Source: Octopus vulgaris
Lineage: Eukaryota
Assembly: GCA_951406725.2 (NCBI GenBank)
Contig: OX597816.1
Span: forward strand, 62,062,001 to 62,126,000
DNA length: 64,000 nt
Direction of reading: 5' to 3'
The position numbers were made by a program, and so were the translations under genes. Numbering within the stretch: position 1 is the stretch's first letter; every line of letters starts with the position of its first letter. Below, in pieces: positions 12,881 through 26,985 of the stretch. The notes under the pieces were generated by a model. That model was not told where the DNA came from, made no database searches, and saw only the letters and a list, made by a program, of their open reading frames with translations.

Positions 12881-12949
12881 CAACAACAACACCATGAAAA
12901 ACGGCTGGAGCAGCAACACCAACAACTTCGAATATTGAGACACTCTTAG
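12343..12949. other. GC-rich, exon-like island with (CAC/CAA)n tract
   Basis: GC/CpG-rich against an AT-rich background. The plus frame GTGHHHSYYNHNDDDDNGDDQHQQQPSKNLGLEISISSDSEGQLPVVSGVNEEAS has strongly G/C-ending codons. Good minus-strand splice sites bracket 12949-12601. Confidence 0.35.
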
Positions 12950-13412
12950 CTGAAAGTTCGAAAAATATAATTTTCTGTTGTTTTCTCTTTCTACTCAAAG
13001 GATTATGATTTGTATTGTATGTTTTTCCTTTAAAAAAAACAAAACAAAAAAATAATCAGAATAGAATACTATTTTCTAATCTAATCTTGTCTTGTCAAGA
13101 TTGTTGTCTATTCAGCATTTTTTTTATTGCGTTTTAGCTGAGTTCAGCATAAAGAACCTCTGACTACTAGAGAAGTTGATATTTGAAAGAGCATTCATGC
13201 TTACTTGGAGGGGACAAGCAAAGAAATACTTGCTGCATAATGGGATTAGAAGCGCTGTGAATCAAATTTATCAACATAAAGGCGAATATTTCATTTTAAA
13301 TAGAAATTTATTCAAACACACACAACCTGACAAACATATACACGCAGACATGGGCATACACGCATGCGAGCACGCACTTATACATACGCAAATAAAAGCA
13401 TACAGACATCCC

Positions 13413-13462
<50 letters not shown>

Positions 13463-13468
13463 CATCCA

Positions 13469-13503
<35 letters not shown>

Positions 13504-14224
13504 CCATTATAACAAATAATATGACTCAATATGATTTTTTGTAGATTAATGCAATTTATCATACAAACAGCATCAGACATTTATATGTTTCAAATCTATT
13601 ACTTACATACACACACATACATACATACACAGACACACACACACGCACACACTCTCACACACACACGCACGCACGCACTCATATGTCCGGTAGCATTCAT
13701 TGGCGGCATCTTTTTTCTTTGTGAGTGCAAAAGCCGATAGCTCTTAATACGCACTTAAGGCGAAATTCGTACGGCAAATGTAGTTGTATCACTTATATAT
13801 TTTGTTAGATAAGATTCTTATAAAATAGGTATTACGTTTCGTCTCGTCTATGAGGTGGGGGTGGGGGGATTTCTGTTTTATAAGACTAAATTTTACGAAA
13901 TAATATATAGTGCATTTACTAAAAAATTCTACCTGGTGCCACCTTTTCTTATCAGCACATATCACTACGTGTTTATGCATGTAAGCATGTGAGAATATGT
14001 ACATAAATATTTCGAAAGTAAAAAGACATCCCTCATTACGACCTTTTATCTGTTCGGACAGTACTCGTTAGTATGATGAAGAAACGAATTAAATCATTGA
14101 AAAGTGAATACCGCATGTCTTCTAAATACTATATTCCGTATTTAAACGCAGCAAATTACAATATTTTATTTCTACTAATATTCAAAATGATTTGAGATGT
14201 CTCTATCTATGATATTTGAGATGT

Positions 14225-15810
<1,586 letters not shown>

Positions 15811-15835
15811 TATCTATCTATCTATCTATCTATCT

Positions 15836-16106
15836 CACGGGTAAACCTCACCTGTCCTCCCCTTTACACTTCATATTGACATTTCTGTGATTACGATCCC
15901 TATTGATCAACTTTTTTTTCCTCTCCCCTTTTCTTTTTTTTCCTCTCCCCCTTTTTTTAAAATCCTCCCCTTTTTTTGTCCTCTTTCTTTCCTTTTACGA
16001 TCCATTTTGATCGAAAACCACCCCCCTTTTTTTACCCCCAAAAGAAAAGCTCTACCTTGTAATTTGTTCTGTCTGTGTGCAGCCCTGTGTGGCTAATAAA
16101 GAAACA
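15836..16106 (+). mobile_element. Second, shorter 5'-truncated copy (3' UTR only) of the same Tx1-type element
   Basis: Homologous to 15518-15810 with indels in the U-rich part. Same terminus, flanked by (TATC)n on both sides. Confidence 0.9.
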
Positions 16107-16113
16107 TATCTAC

Positions 16114-16181
<68 letters not shown>

Positions 16182-16200
16182 ATGTCTGTCTGTCTGTCAG

Positions 16201-16275
<75 letters not shown>

Positions 16276-16795
16276 GTTTGTCTGTCAGTCAGTCTATCTG
16301 CATTTCTGTCTGTCTTTCTGTCTGCCTTTCTGTCTGTCTATCTATCTTTAATTAGAATGACATTAATATTAACTTCGAAGTTTCGGCCAGTTGAGCCACC
16401 ATCGCACTTAATGCACATCCGCTGAGTAAAAGCAACTTCCTCTCCCTAGCTACTTCCCTTCTGTGAACCACTAGAAAGCATTGCCAAGAGCTGAAGCTGA
16501 CACCCCTGCATACGCACACATGTTCTACATAACTCTAAATTTAATCAATTAAGCTTTTTTCCAATGAACCTTTTCATCATAATTCACAAAATAAATAAAT
16601 TTAAAAAATGACCTTCACCTGAACCCACATTCCCCCAGCCCAATTTTTTTTTTGTCTATACAGAGAATGCATAAAACCAAGATTAACTTCAATGCATCTC
16701 TGTCCGATGACAGCTTACCTGGCCGAATCTTCGAAGTCACTATTAATACTATTCTTGTTAGAATAATAAATTTGTATTCTTCAATGGAGTTAACC

Positions 16796-16876
<81 letters not shown>

Positions 16877-16881
<5 letters not shown>

Positions 16882-16988
16882 GAATTTACAAAAAAACAAA
16901 AGACGATGACAGTTGGGTAAACAAGAAACAGGTGTATTAGTTTAACGCTCGGGAAGTGAGAAAGTCTTTTACATTTCGAGCCTACGCT

Positions 16989-16990
<2 letters not shown>
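16877..16990 (-). repeat. PLE terminal-repeat-like family P2, partial copy
   Basis: Matches 26517-26640; includes the GAGCGTAGGCTC-GAAA half of the hammerhead-like motif; sits between (TA)n tracts. Confidence 0.75.
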
Positions 16991-17050
<60 letters not shown>

Positions 17051-18032
17051 TCTTCGACTAATACCTTTGAAGGTGTTGCCCCAGTATGGTCGCAGTCAAA
17101 TTACTGAAGCAAATGAAAGAATAAAAGGATACACACACAAATACATATATATATATATATATATATTTATTTATTTATTTAATTACTTATTTATATATAG
17201 TAAAGAAAATGCAAACACACAAACAGTTTTTAGAGTTTAAGCGTTTTCTTGTATTATTCCTATGGGTGTCAGAAGAGGAATGTGAAAATGAATATATGAA
17301 CAAGTTGGATAGGAGAATGTACTGAGTAATTACAGTCAGTTGAAGGGTTACCAAAGTCATGGGCACTTCATCTCTTGCAGCTCTGAATTGAGTTGTGAAA
17401 ATTCCTCACTCTGCTCTCACACACACACGTACAAACACAAAACTGTGTTGACATTGCGATCATGTTGGTAAAATGTTTGATGTTAGAAATGATGGTGAGA
17501 GTGATTATAACATTATTCTTGTTGGTGGTGTTCATAATATTATTGCTGTTAAGTTTCAAATCAATTTTCATTGACGTAAAATCAGACATTTCCTTCAGCA
17601 TTGTAAATACACGAGAGGACTACATTATGTCATGTGAATGCTTATTTTTATTTCAGACAGATACATTTTGGTTATTTTGATTATACTTTAGTTGTTGCTG
17701 TTATTGATCATTCAGAAGTTAGTGTTGGAACTCACGGTGGTCGAATTGGTTTTTCTGCTGATGCTACCTGTTTTGTGTTGATGGCAGATGCAGGTGGTGC
17801 TGGAAGTTGATACACCCAAAAACATTATTTGGGTTCAGTTAACTTCTTGTTCTTCCGAGTTATATTTGTAGGCACAAAGGAAATTCAAGCAATTAGTAAC
17901 AACATGGATGTAGATCCTGAGCGCCTACAAGTGAAACTCATGGTATCGCGAGGCCGACTTAACCAGCATTGATTTCTGCTATGCCATTGTTAATCCTTTC
18001 TCCCGACAGTTAATAATAAACGGACACACACT

Positions 18033-18094
<62 letters not shown>

Positions 18095-18460
18095 TATACA
18101 TACATATAGGCATACGTACACACACGCACAGAGTTATACATACATATACGCATACGTACACACACACGCCGCGCGCGCTTATACACGCACTGACACAAAT
18201 ACACACACACACACATACACATACAGCTAGATATTCAGTGTGACTCCAGAAAATATACACAAGCACCACACATAAATACTCTCCGTGCAGATTGCAATTG
18301 ATATTATGTGTTTATCGTATCGTACACACGAACAATTGCACACACACACACTCACATACGCGCATACACACATACACACATGCACAAACACATCCACAGA
18401 CATACACACATCGCACACGCACACACGCGCGCATTAATATGTGTGAAGCTGACAGTATTA

Positions 18461-18860
18461 CTCTTTTACTTGTTTCAGTCATTGGACTGCGGCCATGCTG
18501 GAGCAGCCCTGTAGTCGAGTAAATCTACCCCAGAACTTATTCTTTGTAAACCTAGTACTTATTCTATCGGTCGCGTTTGCCGAACCGCTAAGTTACGGGG
18601 ACGTAAACACACCAGCATCGGTTGTCAAGCGATGTTGAGGGGACAAACACAGACACACAAACACACACACACAAACATATATACATATACATACATACGA
18701 CGGGCTTCTTTCAGTTTTCGTCTACCAAATCCACTCACAAGGCATTGGTCGGCCCGAGGCTATAGTAGAAGACACTCGCCCAATGTACCACGCAGTGGGA
18801 CTGAACCCGGAACCATATGGTTGGTAAGCAAGTTACTTACCACACAGCCATTCCTACGCC
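18461..18860 (-). mobile_element. Full-length SINE family S1
   Basis: tRNA-like head, internal TA/CA microsatellite and tail ending gactgaaacaagtaaaaga. Homologous to 28160-28608. Confidence 0.9.
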
Positions 18861-19024
18861 TATTCTTATATTCCGTTTCATTGTAGTGAATGTTACATTT
18901 TATTTTTATTCTAGAACCCTTATGTTCCTACTTTCTTTCTTTCTTTTTCTTTATTGCTCAAATACATGTATACATATACATTTACACATACATTATACAA
19001 AAACACACATACATATACACGCAT

Positions 19025-19067
<43 letters not shown>

Positions 19068-19885
19068 CACACACACATTTATATATGTACACAATTACAT
19101 TTATATATACATGTGTGTATGTGTGCACTTATACTTGTGTATGCTCTTTTTTCATTTTCATCTCATTTATTTAATTTGTAAATCAACTTTAACGCAGGTA
19201 TGGTAGTTTAATGTAGCAAGCAACTGTGTTATTTAATGCTGAATTGCTAGTTTCCTCGCGGACAAAAGCTGTTTCTCTAAAGTTACAATAACAGACTCGC
19301 TCCATTATCGACCCAGCCTTGGCGTCGTGCTGACGACCAAATTTAACTTTCTTGGATTCTGTTGCACAACGTGACTAAATTTTAGTGCTGTATTCATTTA
19401 ACATTCTTACTCAATTCTACTTCCCTGCCATTACTGACAGCCAACATCTTTAAACACGGAGATTTTTCTATTCATACAATACTTTCGTTTTGGCAGCGTT
19501 TTACAAAGAGAACGGCAGGAAAATGAAAATGACATAAGATTTTTGTGGCGGTAATGCTATTTGTAGGAGAATAATAGCACGATAGAGTGGTTTAACATTA
19601 TTAAGGTTTCGGAACAAGGCAAACACTTCGGCTATAGTTTAGACATAAAATATTGTGATCAAAATAACTATTAATGGTAGCTAGGAATTACTAGTGTCCG
19701 ATGCGTTAGAACGCTTACTTAGAAACAGAATGTATGATTATTGTTTATGCTGTTGTTATAACCACTGTGGTTGTTGTTGTTGTTGTTGGTGTTGTTTTAG
19801 CTGTTGTTTAACTGCGAGTCAGCTGACGTTACTCATCGATTGCAATTACATTTTAAGACACTCCGCTTATGGCAATTCCAAGCGT

Positions 19886-20037
19886 AGGCGTAGCTGAGTG
19901 GTTAAGAAGCTTGCCTCTCAACCATATGGTCTTGGGTTCAATCTCATTGCCATTGTACAGCACCTTGGCAAGCTTCTTCGCCTATAACTCTGAGCTGATA
20001 AAAACCTTGTCAATTGATTTGGTAGATGGAAACTGTC
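19886..20037 (+). mobile_element. Diverged SINE S1 5' half
   Basis: ggcgtagctgagtggttaagaagcttgc..aaccatatggt..gatttggtagatggaaact, followed by (TA)n. Confidence 0.7.
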
Positions 20038-20056
20038 GCTTATATACATATATGTG

Positions 20057-20157
<101 letters not shown>

Positions 20158-20404
20158 AGATTTGAACAAAAAGAATACAAAGAGAAACGTTGGAGGAAAG
20201 CAGAGGAGACGAAAACTAAAAGGACGAAAACTTAGACAACGGCACGATACACGGAATATTCGCAGCTCAGTTTTTCTCTTCATGTATTTATCTATGTATG
20301 TATTTATGTGTGTATGTATGTGTATAGGTATGTATGTATGTATGCAGGTATGTATGCACGTACGTACAAACGCATGTATGTATGTATGAATGTATGTACG
20401 TACA

Positions 20405-20503
<99 letters not shown>

Positions 20504-20534
20504 ATATATATACACACACACACACACGCACATA

Positions 20535-21757
20535 GAGGGTGCGATGGGTAAATTGTCGACGTTTTATGTCTTTAATATTTCTTGCATGTGCATTGTTTGT
20601 TTTCGGTTTTGTCGACTACACAGTATAGTAGGCTCCGTTGGGCACCGCCTGCGAGAAAAATGACGCCATGACGCAATTCACATTGTTAGAAATTTAGAAA
20701 CAACTTTATTCACTGCTTGGTATTCGCGCCGAAATCTCCAATATCAACATTTCAGTGTGTTTGGGTGTCAATCTGAGGACAGTGTGGAGGATTCTGAAAG
20801 AGTTGGACGAGTCTAATGGTGATTACAAAAGTACGGTAGCTCAGAAATTTCACTCTGATCGTTCCTGAGTTTGTTGGTGAGATCCAGACCATGATTGACA
20901 ACGATCTCTCCAGGTCAATCAAGTCCATTGCCTGGGACTTGGAAGTGTCTGAGTTTCTTATCAGGCAGTACATGAAGACATTCGGTATTCTTCATACAAG
21001 ATGAGAAAGGGTCAATTTTTATCCCAAGCCATCAAGGACAAGAGTAAAGACCGTGCTATAGAGCTTTTGAACAAACTGAAGCAACCTCTGCTAATGAACA
21101 TGCTTTGGTTTATCTCAAACGAGAAAAATCTCTGCCGCGGTCATATGGTGAACATGCAGAACAACCGTTGGCTTGCCATGTCATAAAAATATGTCCCGAT
21201 TGTGATAAAGATCAAATATCCAATCGACATCATGGTGTTTAGAATGATCACTAGTGATGGCAACGTTATGCCTCCATTCATCTTCCCACACGGCCTACAT
21301 CAAATGGATGGAGAAGGTAGTGTTGCCCGGGGTGAAGAGGTTGGCTGTTAGAAGACTTATGTTTGGCAACAGGACTCTGCATCATTCCACACAAGCAGGA
21401 GTATCACGTCATGACTGTCACACAATTTCTGCGATCACTCACTCCTAACATGTGGCCACATAACCCCCCAGACTACGACCCCGTTCAATATTATGTGTGG
21501 GGTGCAGCTGAGGGAGAGGCCAACAAAACTTGTAAAACCAAAAATAAACTGAAAGAAACCATTGTGGTAGAATTCATGAAACAAGGAGACCCTCCAAAAG
21601 ATTTACAGGAGATTCCGAAGTCGTCTTGAGGCCGTGTTTGAAGCCAATGACGATTTTATTGAATAAATTTACTCTTAAAATATTTCAAAATATTTTTATG
21701 AATTTTGTTAGTTTCATTTTTGCGTAATTTAGACGACAATTTATTCACCGCACCTTG
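20535..21757 (+). mobile_element. Degraded Tc1/mariner-superfamily element, maT (DD37D)-like
   Basis: Imperfect TIRs GAGGGTGCGATGGGTAAATTGTCG / CGACAATTTATTCACCGCACCTTG. Motifs WFISNEKN (FSDEK), NNRWLA, QQDSA and WPHNPPDYDPVQYYVWG (WPPNSPDLNPLDY.VWG). Many frameshifts; catalytic spacing not counted. Confidence 0.8.
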
Positions 21758-22595
21758 CATGTATGAAACAGACAAACAGATAGTGAAGTGAGGTGAGGTA
21801 AGAGATCAGATGTTTATTCCATTCATTTGCAGCTGTTTCAGATATGCAATTGGTGGAGAGCATGATAGGAAATATGTTAGATTCCTCGAATCCCAAATAC
21901 TACTACTACTACTACTACTACTACTAGTAGTAGTAGTAGTACACACACAAGCATACACACACATACACATGGACACATATACGTTAGCTCACCTGTTTTA
22001 CTCGACAGTTTTAGAATTTTCGTGTGAGCATAGAATGGCAGTTTCACTTTGTCATCTTGACGTCTGGATACCAGCAAATTCGCAACGATTAACTAACTGT
22101 TATGAGGAATATAATGGCCAGAAGTCCATATCTCATTTTTCCAACCTTCGTTTCTACAATTCCAGTAAAACACTCCCCTTGACCGTAAATTTATTTCGTT
22201 GATTCAGGAAAATATGCCTATGGAATGATTTCAGCTTTAATATTTTAGGACCCAGAACAAATGCCACAAGGCATATAATCCTGCGAGTCGGGAGGTTCAC
22301 TGCTTGTTGCAGTATGGTGTTTTGTATATTTAAGTGACTGTAAGAACTAAGCCATCGGGGACAGGATCTTGGTAGGGCGTCTCATGTAGAACAGGTCAAA
22401 GTATAGAGTTGCAACTAATATGGGTCACTTCTCAGAGATCAAAACACATTTACGTGGTGACAACAGCCCTACCTAAAAGAAAGCAAAGTTACCGAAACTT
22501 TGATGACAATCCAAAACCGACCTGGAAGAAGAAGCAGAAGAAGAAATAAGTCAGAGGCGAGAAACAGTGGAGAAAAGTCGTCGATGTTCCTTTAT

Positions 22596-22826
22596 TCTTT
22601 CAATTGTTTCAGTCATTTGACTCCAGCCATGCTGCAGCACCGCCTTCAAGGATTTTCAGTCGAACAAATTAACCCCAGGACTTACTTTTTTAAAGCCTAG
22701 TACTTACCATATCAATCTCTTTTGCCGAAATTACGGAGACGTAAAAATGCTAACACCGGCTGTCAAACGGTGATGGAGGGGGAGTAAACACAAAAAAGAC
22801 ACACACATAGATATATACATACATAC

Positions 22827-22864
<38 letters not shown>

Positions 22865-23029
22865 TATACGAGGGGTTTCTTTCAGTTTCCGTCTACCAAA
22901 TCCACTCACAAAGCTTTGGTCGGCCCGAAGCTATTGTAGAAGACACGCCCAAGTTGCCACGCAGTGGGATTGAACCCAGAACCATGTGGTTGGCAAGCAA
23001 GCTTCTTACTACACAGCCATGCCTGCGCC
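22596..23029 (-). mobile_element. Full-length SINE family S1
   Basis: Same head, microsatellite slot and tail as the other S1 copies. Confidence 0.9.
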
Positions 23030-23454
23030 TAGTCTAAGTTTTATAAGGATTGAAGGGCTCTAAGTAATTCATTAAGTAATGCCTAAGTAAGCCCTAATAG
23101 TTCTACCTGATTTTCACTGTCATAATTCTCTTTCTGTTTGGTACTTATGGAATATGTATAAGGCCATAATAACTACGCGGGTTGATACGAACAACTAAAA
23201 TCCTTTGAAATTTGAACTTTGGTTGTCCAACCAGTGAAACAAATAAGTGATTAAACTCTAAAAGTATAACACTGTAACACGTCCCGGAAGACTTAAAACA
23301 AACGTCTTGAAAATAAATATTTTAATGATTTATTGTGTCATGGGATCCTCTCGTATTCAATCCCGAGTAAACAGGCCGGATGGTTGTAAATGGAATGCGG
23401 CTGATTTTATATCTCCTCCATCAGAAACGATGTGAGTTAAACAAGATGTGTACA

Positions 23455-23476
23455 CACACATTCATGTATATATGTA

Positions 23477-23541
<65 letters not shown>

Positions 23542-23810
23542 ATATAATATAATATAATATAATATTATATATATATATATATATACATATATATAATATA
23601 ATATAATATAATATAATATCATATATATATATGTAATATAATATAATATAATATAATATAATATAATATAATATTATATATATATATAATATAATATAAT
23701 ATTATATATATATATATATAATATAATATTATATTATATATATAAATATATATAATATAATATAATATATATATATATATACATATATGTACATATATAT
23801 ACATATATAT

Positions 23811-23860
<50 letters not shown>

Positions 23861-23930
23861 CAACACACACACACACAGACACACACACAGACACACACAC
23901 AGACACACACACACATACACATATATATCC
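23455..23930. repeat. Compound (TA)n/(ATATA)n/(CA)n microsatellite
   Basis: Direct reading. Confidence 0.95.
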
Positions 23931-25118
23931 ATTTTTCTGTACTAATAAATATTTAACACATTTTGTATTTTATATCAGTGCATTTTCATTGTATAAACCT
24001 AGATAGAAGTTTGTGACAAGCTCATCTAAAATTCAAAATATTTTACAAAGGAATAAATAATAAGCTATTTAAAAATGATGTAACATTCCTTTGTAATACA
24101 ATGTAAAATATTTCATATTTTGATTTAATGTGAAAATATAAAAGCGTAACTACAGTGTAACAAATTGAAGCATCTTTTCTTTCATTCCCTATTTACAATC
24201 GGATCGTTAAATATAATAGTCATCTTTTGGAAACACATAATGCGATAGTAATAAATTATATACAAATAATATATTAAGACATAAAATGGCGGCTGAAGTA
24301 ATTCTGAAGCCTGAAGCAGTTCCTGTAAAGTAGGTGGAGCTAAATTTTAATATAAATTTTCCTACGATAACGTCAGTAGTTAATGTGCTTAATTTATCTG
24401 CTGCAACTCATAAGCACTTTAAATGGGAATTAATGGAAAACATGGTGATGATGGTAGCAGGAATATGAGATTGTCGGAATTGGGTAGCCATGGCGATATC
24501 TTTTCAACCTCAGTGAAATTAGCACATCGTTAGTGATGATTATAATAACGACTGAGCTGCAGTTTGAAGATGTTTGATCAAAAGAAGTTGGATAAATTGT
24601 TCTACGCAATCTTTCTATGTTCAATGGAAATCATTTGTAAATCATACAATCACTGCAGAATCGTTACGCAGATATAAATATATTCATAAGTGCAGCTACT
24701 CTTAAAGAATTACACAAGTGTACAAATGTGTCTGCCCATTACAGAGGCGTATAGATATGTTTACCATAAGCATAAGATGAAGTGTGGGAAAAATACTTTT
24801 TCTCCGTGTACATATATGTCTATTTCTGTGTGTGAAATGTGTATGCATGATCAGATAGGTAAAAAAATTAACTATTACTAATCAAGCGGTCTCAGTTTCG
24901 ATCTTGCAGCAAGTATTCATTTTCTTACCGAGCTTATTGAGTACGCATCTAAAATTGAACTAGATCCAAGCGGAGCCCAGTTGGCTAATCATCTGTACTA
25001 AAATTGTCACTTTGACACTGCCTCATGATTTAGTAAAACACAAATGTTGGTAATTAGTCAGTCGATTATACTGTCATTACAGGTTTATGTTATATATATA
25101 TATTTATATATATATATA

Positions 25119-25272
25119 TTGACGGATATTTGTCCTTATCTTGTTTGTTGTTAACACAACGTTTCAGCTGACATACCTTCCAGCCTTCATCAGGTGTCTT
25201 GGGGAAATTTCGAACCTGGATTCTCATTCCTAAAGTATTTTTCGATATTGTCATCATCATCATCATCATCAT

Positions 25273-25317
<45 letters not shown>

Positions 25318-25500
25318 CATCGTCGTCGTCGTCGTCGTCATCATCATCATCATCATCATCATCGTCATCATCATCATCATCATCGTCGTCGTCGTCGTCT
25401 TTCATCTTCTTCTTCTTCTTCTCCTCCTCCTCCTCCTCCTCCTTCTTCTTATTCTTCCTCTTCTTCCTCTTCTCCTCCTCTCCTCCTCCTCCTCCTCCTT

Positions 25501-25531
<31 letters not shown>

Positions 25532-25623
25532 TTATTATTATTTTTCACGCTACTGCCTGGAATTGAAATCTTTGGGTTTGTAGCCCGCGCTCTTAACCAC
25601 TATGCTATATGCCTACGGGCATA
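25119..25623 (-). mobile_element. tRNA-headed, hammerhead-bearing SINE-like element, copy B (spacer expanded into GAA/GAG/GAT tracts)
   Basis: Minus strand: TAGCATAGTGG A box, partly deleted B box, long trinucleotide spacer, then atcgaaaaatactttaggaatgagaatccagg.. and the hammerhead. Confidence 0.85.
25153..25198 (-). ncRNA. Minimal type I hammerhead ribozyme motif
   Basis: GACAC-CUGAUGA-A-GGCUG(loop)CAGCU-GAAA-CG-UU-GUGUU; stem I ACAC/GUGU, palindromic stem III. Confidence 0.75.
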
Positions 25624-25687
25624 GAGCATTATGGTTAAGAGCGCGGGCTACTAAGCCCAATATTCCGAGTTCGATTCCAGGCAGTGA

Positions 25688-25765
<78 letters not shown>

Positions 25766-25927
25766 CAACAACAACAACATCGAAAAATACCTTAGAAATA
25801 TACCTTAGAAATGAGAATCCAGGTTCGAAATTTCCCCAAGACACCTGATGAAGGCTGGCGGGTATATCAGCCGAAACGTAGTGTTAACAACAAACAAGAT
25901 GAGGACAAATATCCATCAAATGTAAAT
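25608..25927 (+). mobile_element. tRNA-headed, hammerhead-bearing SINE-like element, copy C
   Basis: Degenerate A box, B box GAGTTCGATTCC (25667), (AAT)n(AAC)n spacer and an intact hammerhead. Confidence 0.85.
25840..25885 (+). ncRNA. Minimal type I hammerhead ribozyme motif (intact core)
   Basis: GACAC-CUGAUGA-A-GGCUG(gcggguauau)CAGCC-GAAA-CG-UA^GUGUU: all core boxes present, GUA cleavage triplet, ACGU palindromic stem III. Confidence 0.8.
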
Positions 25928-26516
25928 CATGTATAGCAGTAGTACTTATCCTTATTATTACCATCATTATCATTACAACTATCACCGTTACTATAACAAT
26001 TCTTATATATTGAATTTATTAATAAAATTCTTTCCTTTGACTTTTCTCTCGATTTCACTTGAGTTGTGTAGTTTGTAGAATGAGTAATTGGTTTTACTGC
26101 TTTTTTGCTTTTGATAATATAATGTATCGGAATCACTCTCGAAATTCAAACATATTCAAGTTTAAATATGTTCATACATAAATTATTATTCATATATATC
26201 CACGTACATTGTATAATATGCGATGGCTTAAACCAGAATAAGGAAAGAATGCAAGCAAGTCTTTGAGTCAATGCTCTAATGACACTACTAAAGTGTCAGT
26301 CGGAGATGATATATTGGCATAACAGACCGACCGTAAGAGATAACCTGCAGTAGTTGTTTCGTCCCACTGCGTATTGCCGACAACGCTTGCGATGACATTG
26401 GTGGCAAGCTATAGCAGTTTGTAAGGAAAACCTTTCTTTGTATACGAATGACAGGCTACAGTGTTTGTTTTATATTCATACAGTATTTCGATCGACGCTA
26501 CAAACATACGTACTAA

Positions 26517-26775
26517 GTTGAGAATTTACAAAAACAAAAAACAAAAGACGAAGACGGGTGTGTAAACAACAAACAGATGTTTCAGTTTAATGCTCGGGAA
26601 GTGAGAAAGTCTTTTACGTTTCGAGCCTACGCTCTTCGACAGAAAGAAACACAGAAATAAAGAGGGAGAGAATATGGGAAAATGTTTAGTGGCTAGAGAC
26701 CTCTCATGGCTAATGCCGGACAGAGGGGGAATATTCGAAGACTTGGCATCTACATAACTGAAAAAAATACCGGGT
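26517..26775 (-). repeat. PLE terminal-repeat-like family P2, longest copy, with hammerhead-like motif at 26611-26646
   Basis: Minus strand CUUU-CUGUCGA-A-GAGC(GUAG)GCUC-GAAA-CG-UA-AAAG. Homologous segments at 16877, 30399, 37615 and 48481. Confidence 0.75.
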
Positions 26776-26908
26776 AGTATACGGGTATAACAAATATGAC
26801 TCAGAATACGTATGTGATTTCATGTGTCCGTGTGGGGTTTATATAGAGGGATAGATACACACACACACGTATATATATAGAGAGAGGTTGAATAGATAGA
26901 GAGATAGG

Positions 26909-26985
<77 letters not shown>

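Noticed and set aside
12597-12998. Gly-rich and His-rich frames suggestive of cephalopod beak or sucker structural proteins
   Set aside because: Derived from a (CAC)n tract; they lack GHG/GGY-type modules, and the His frame has stops.
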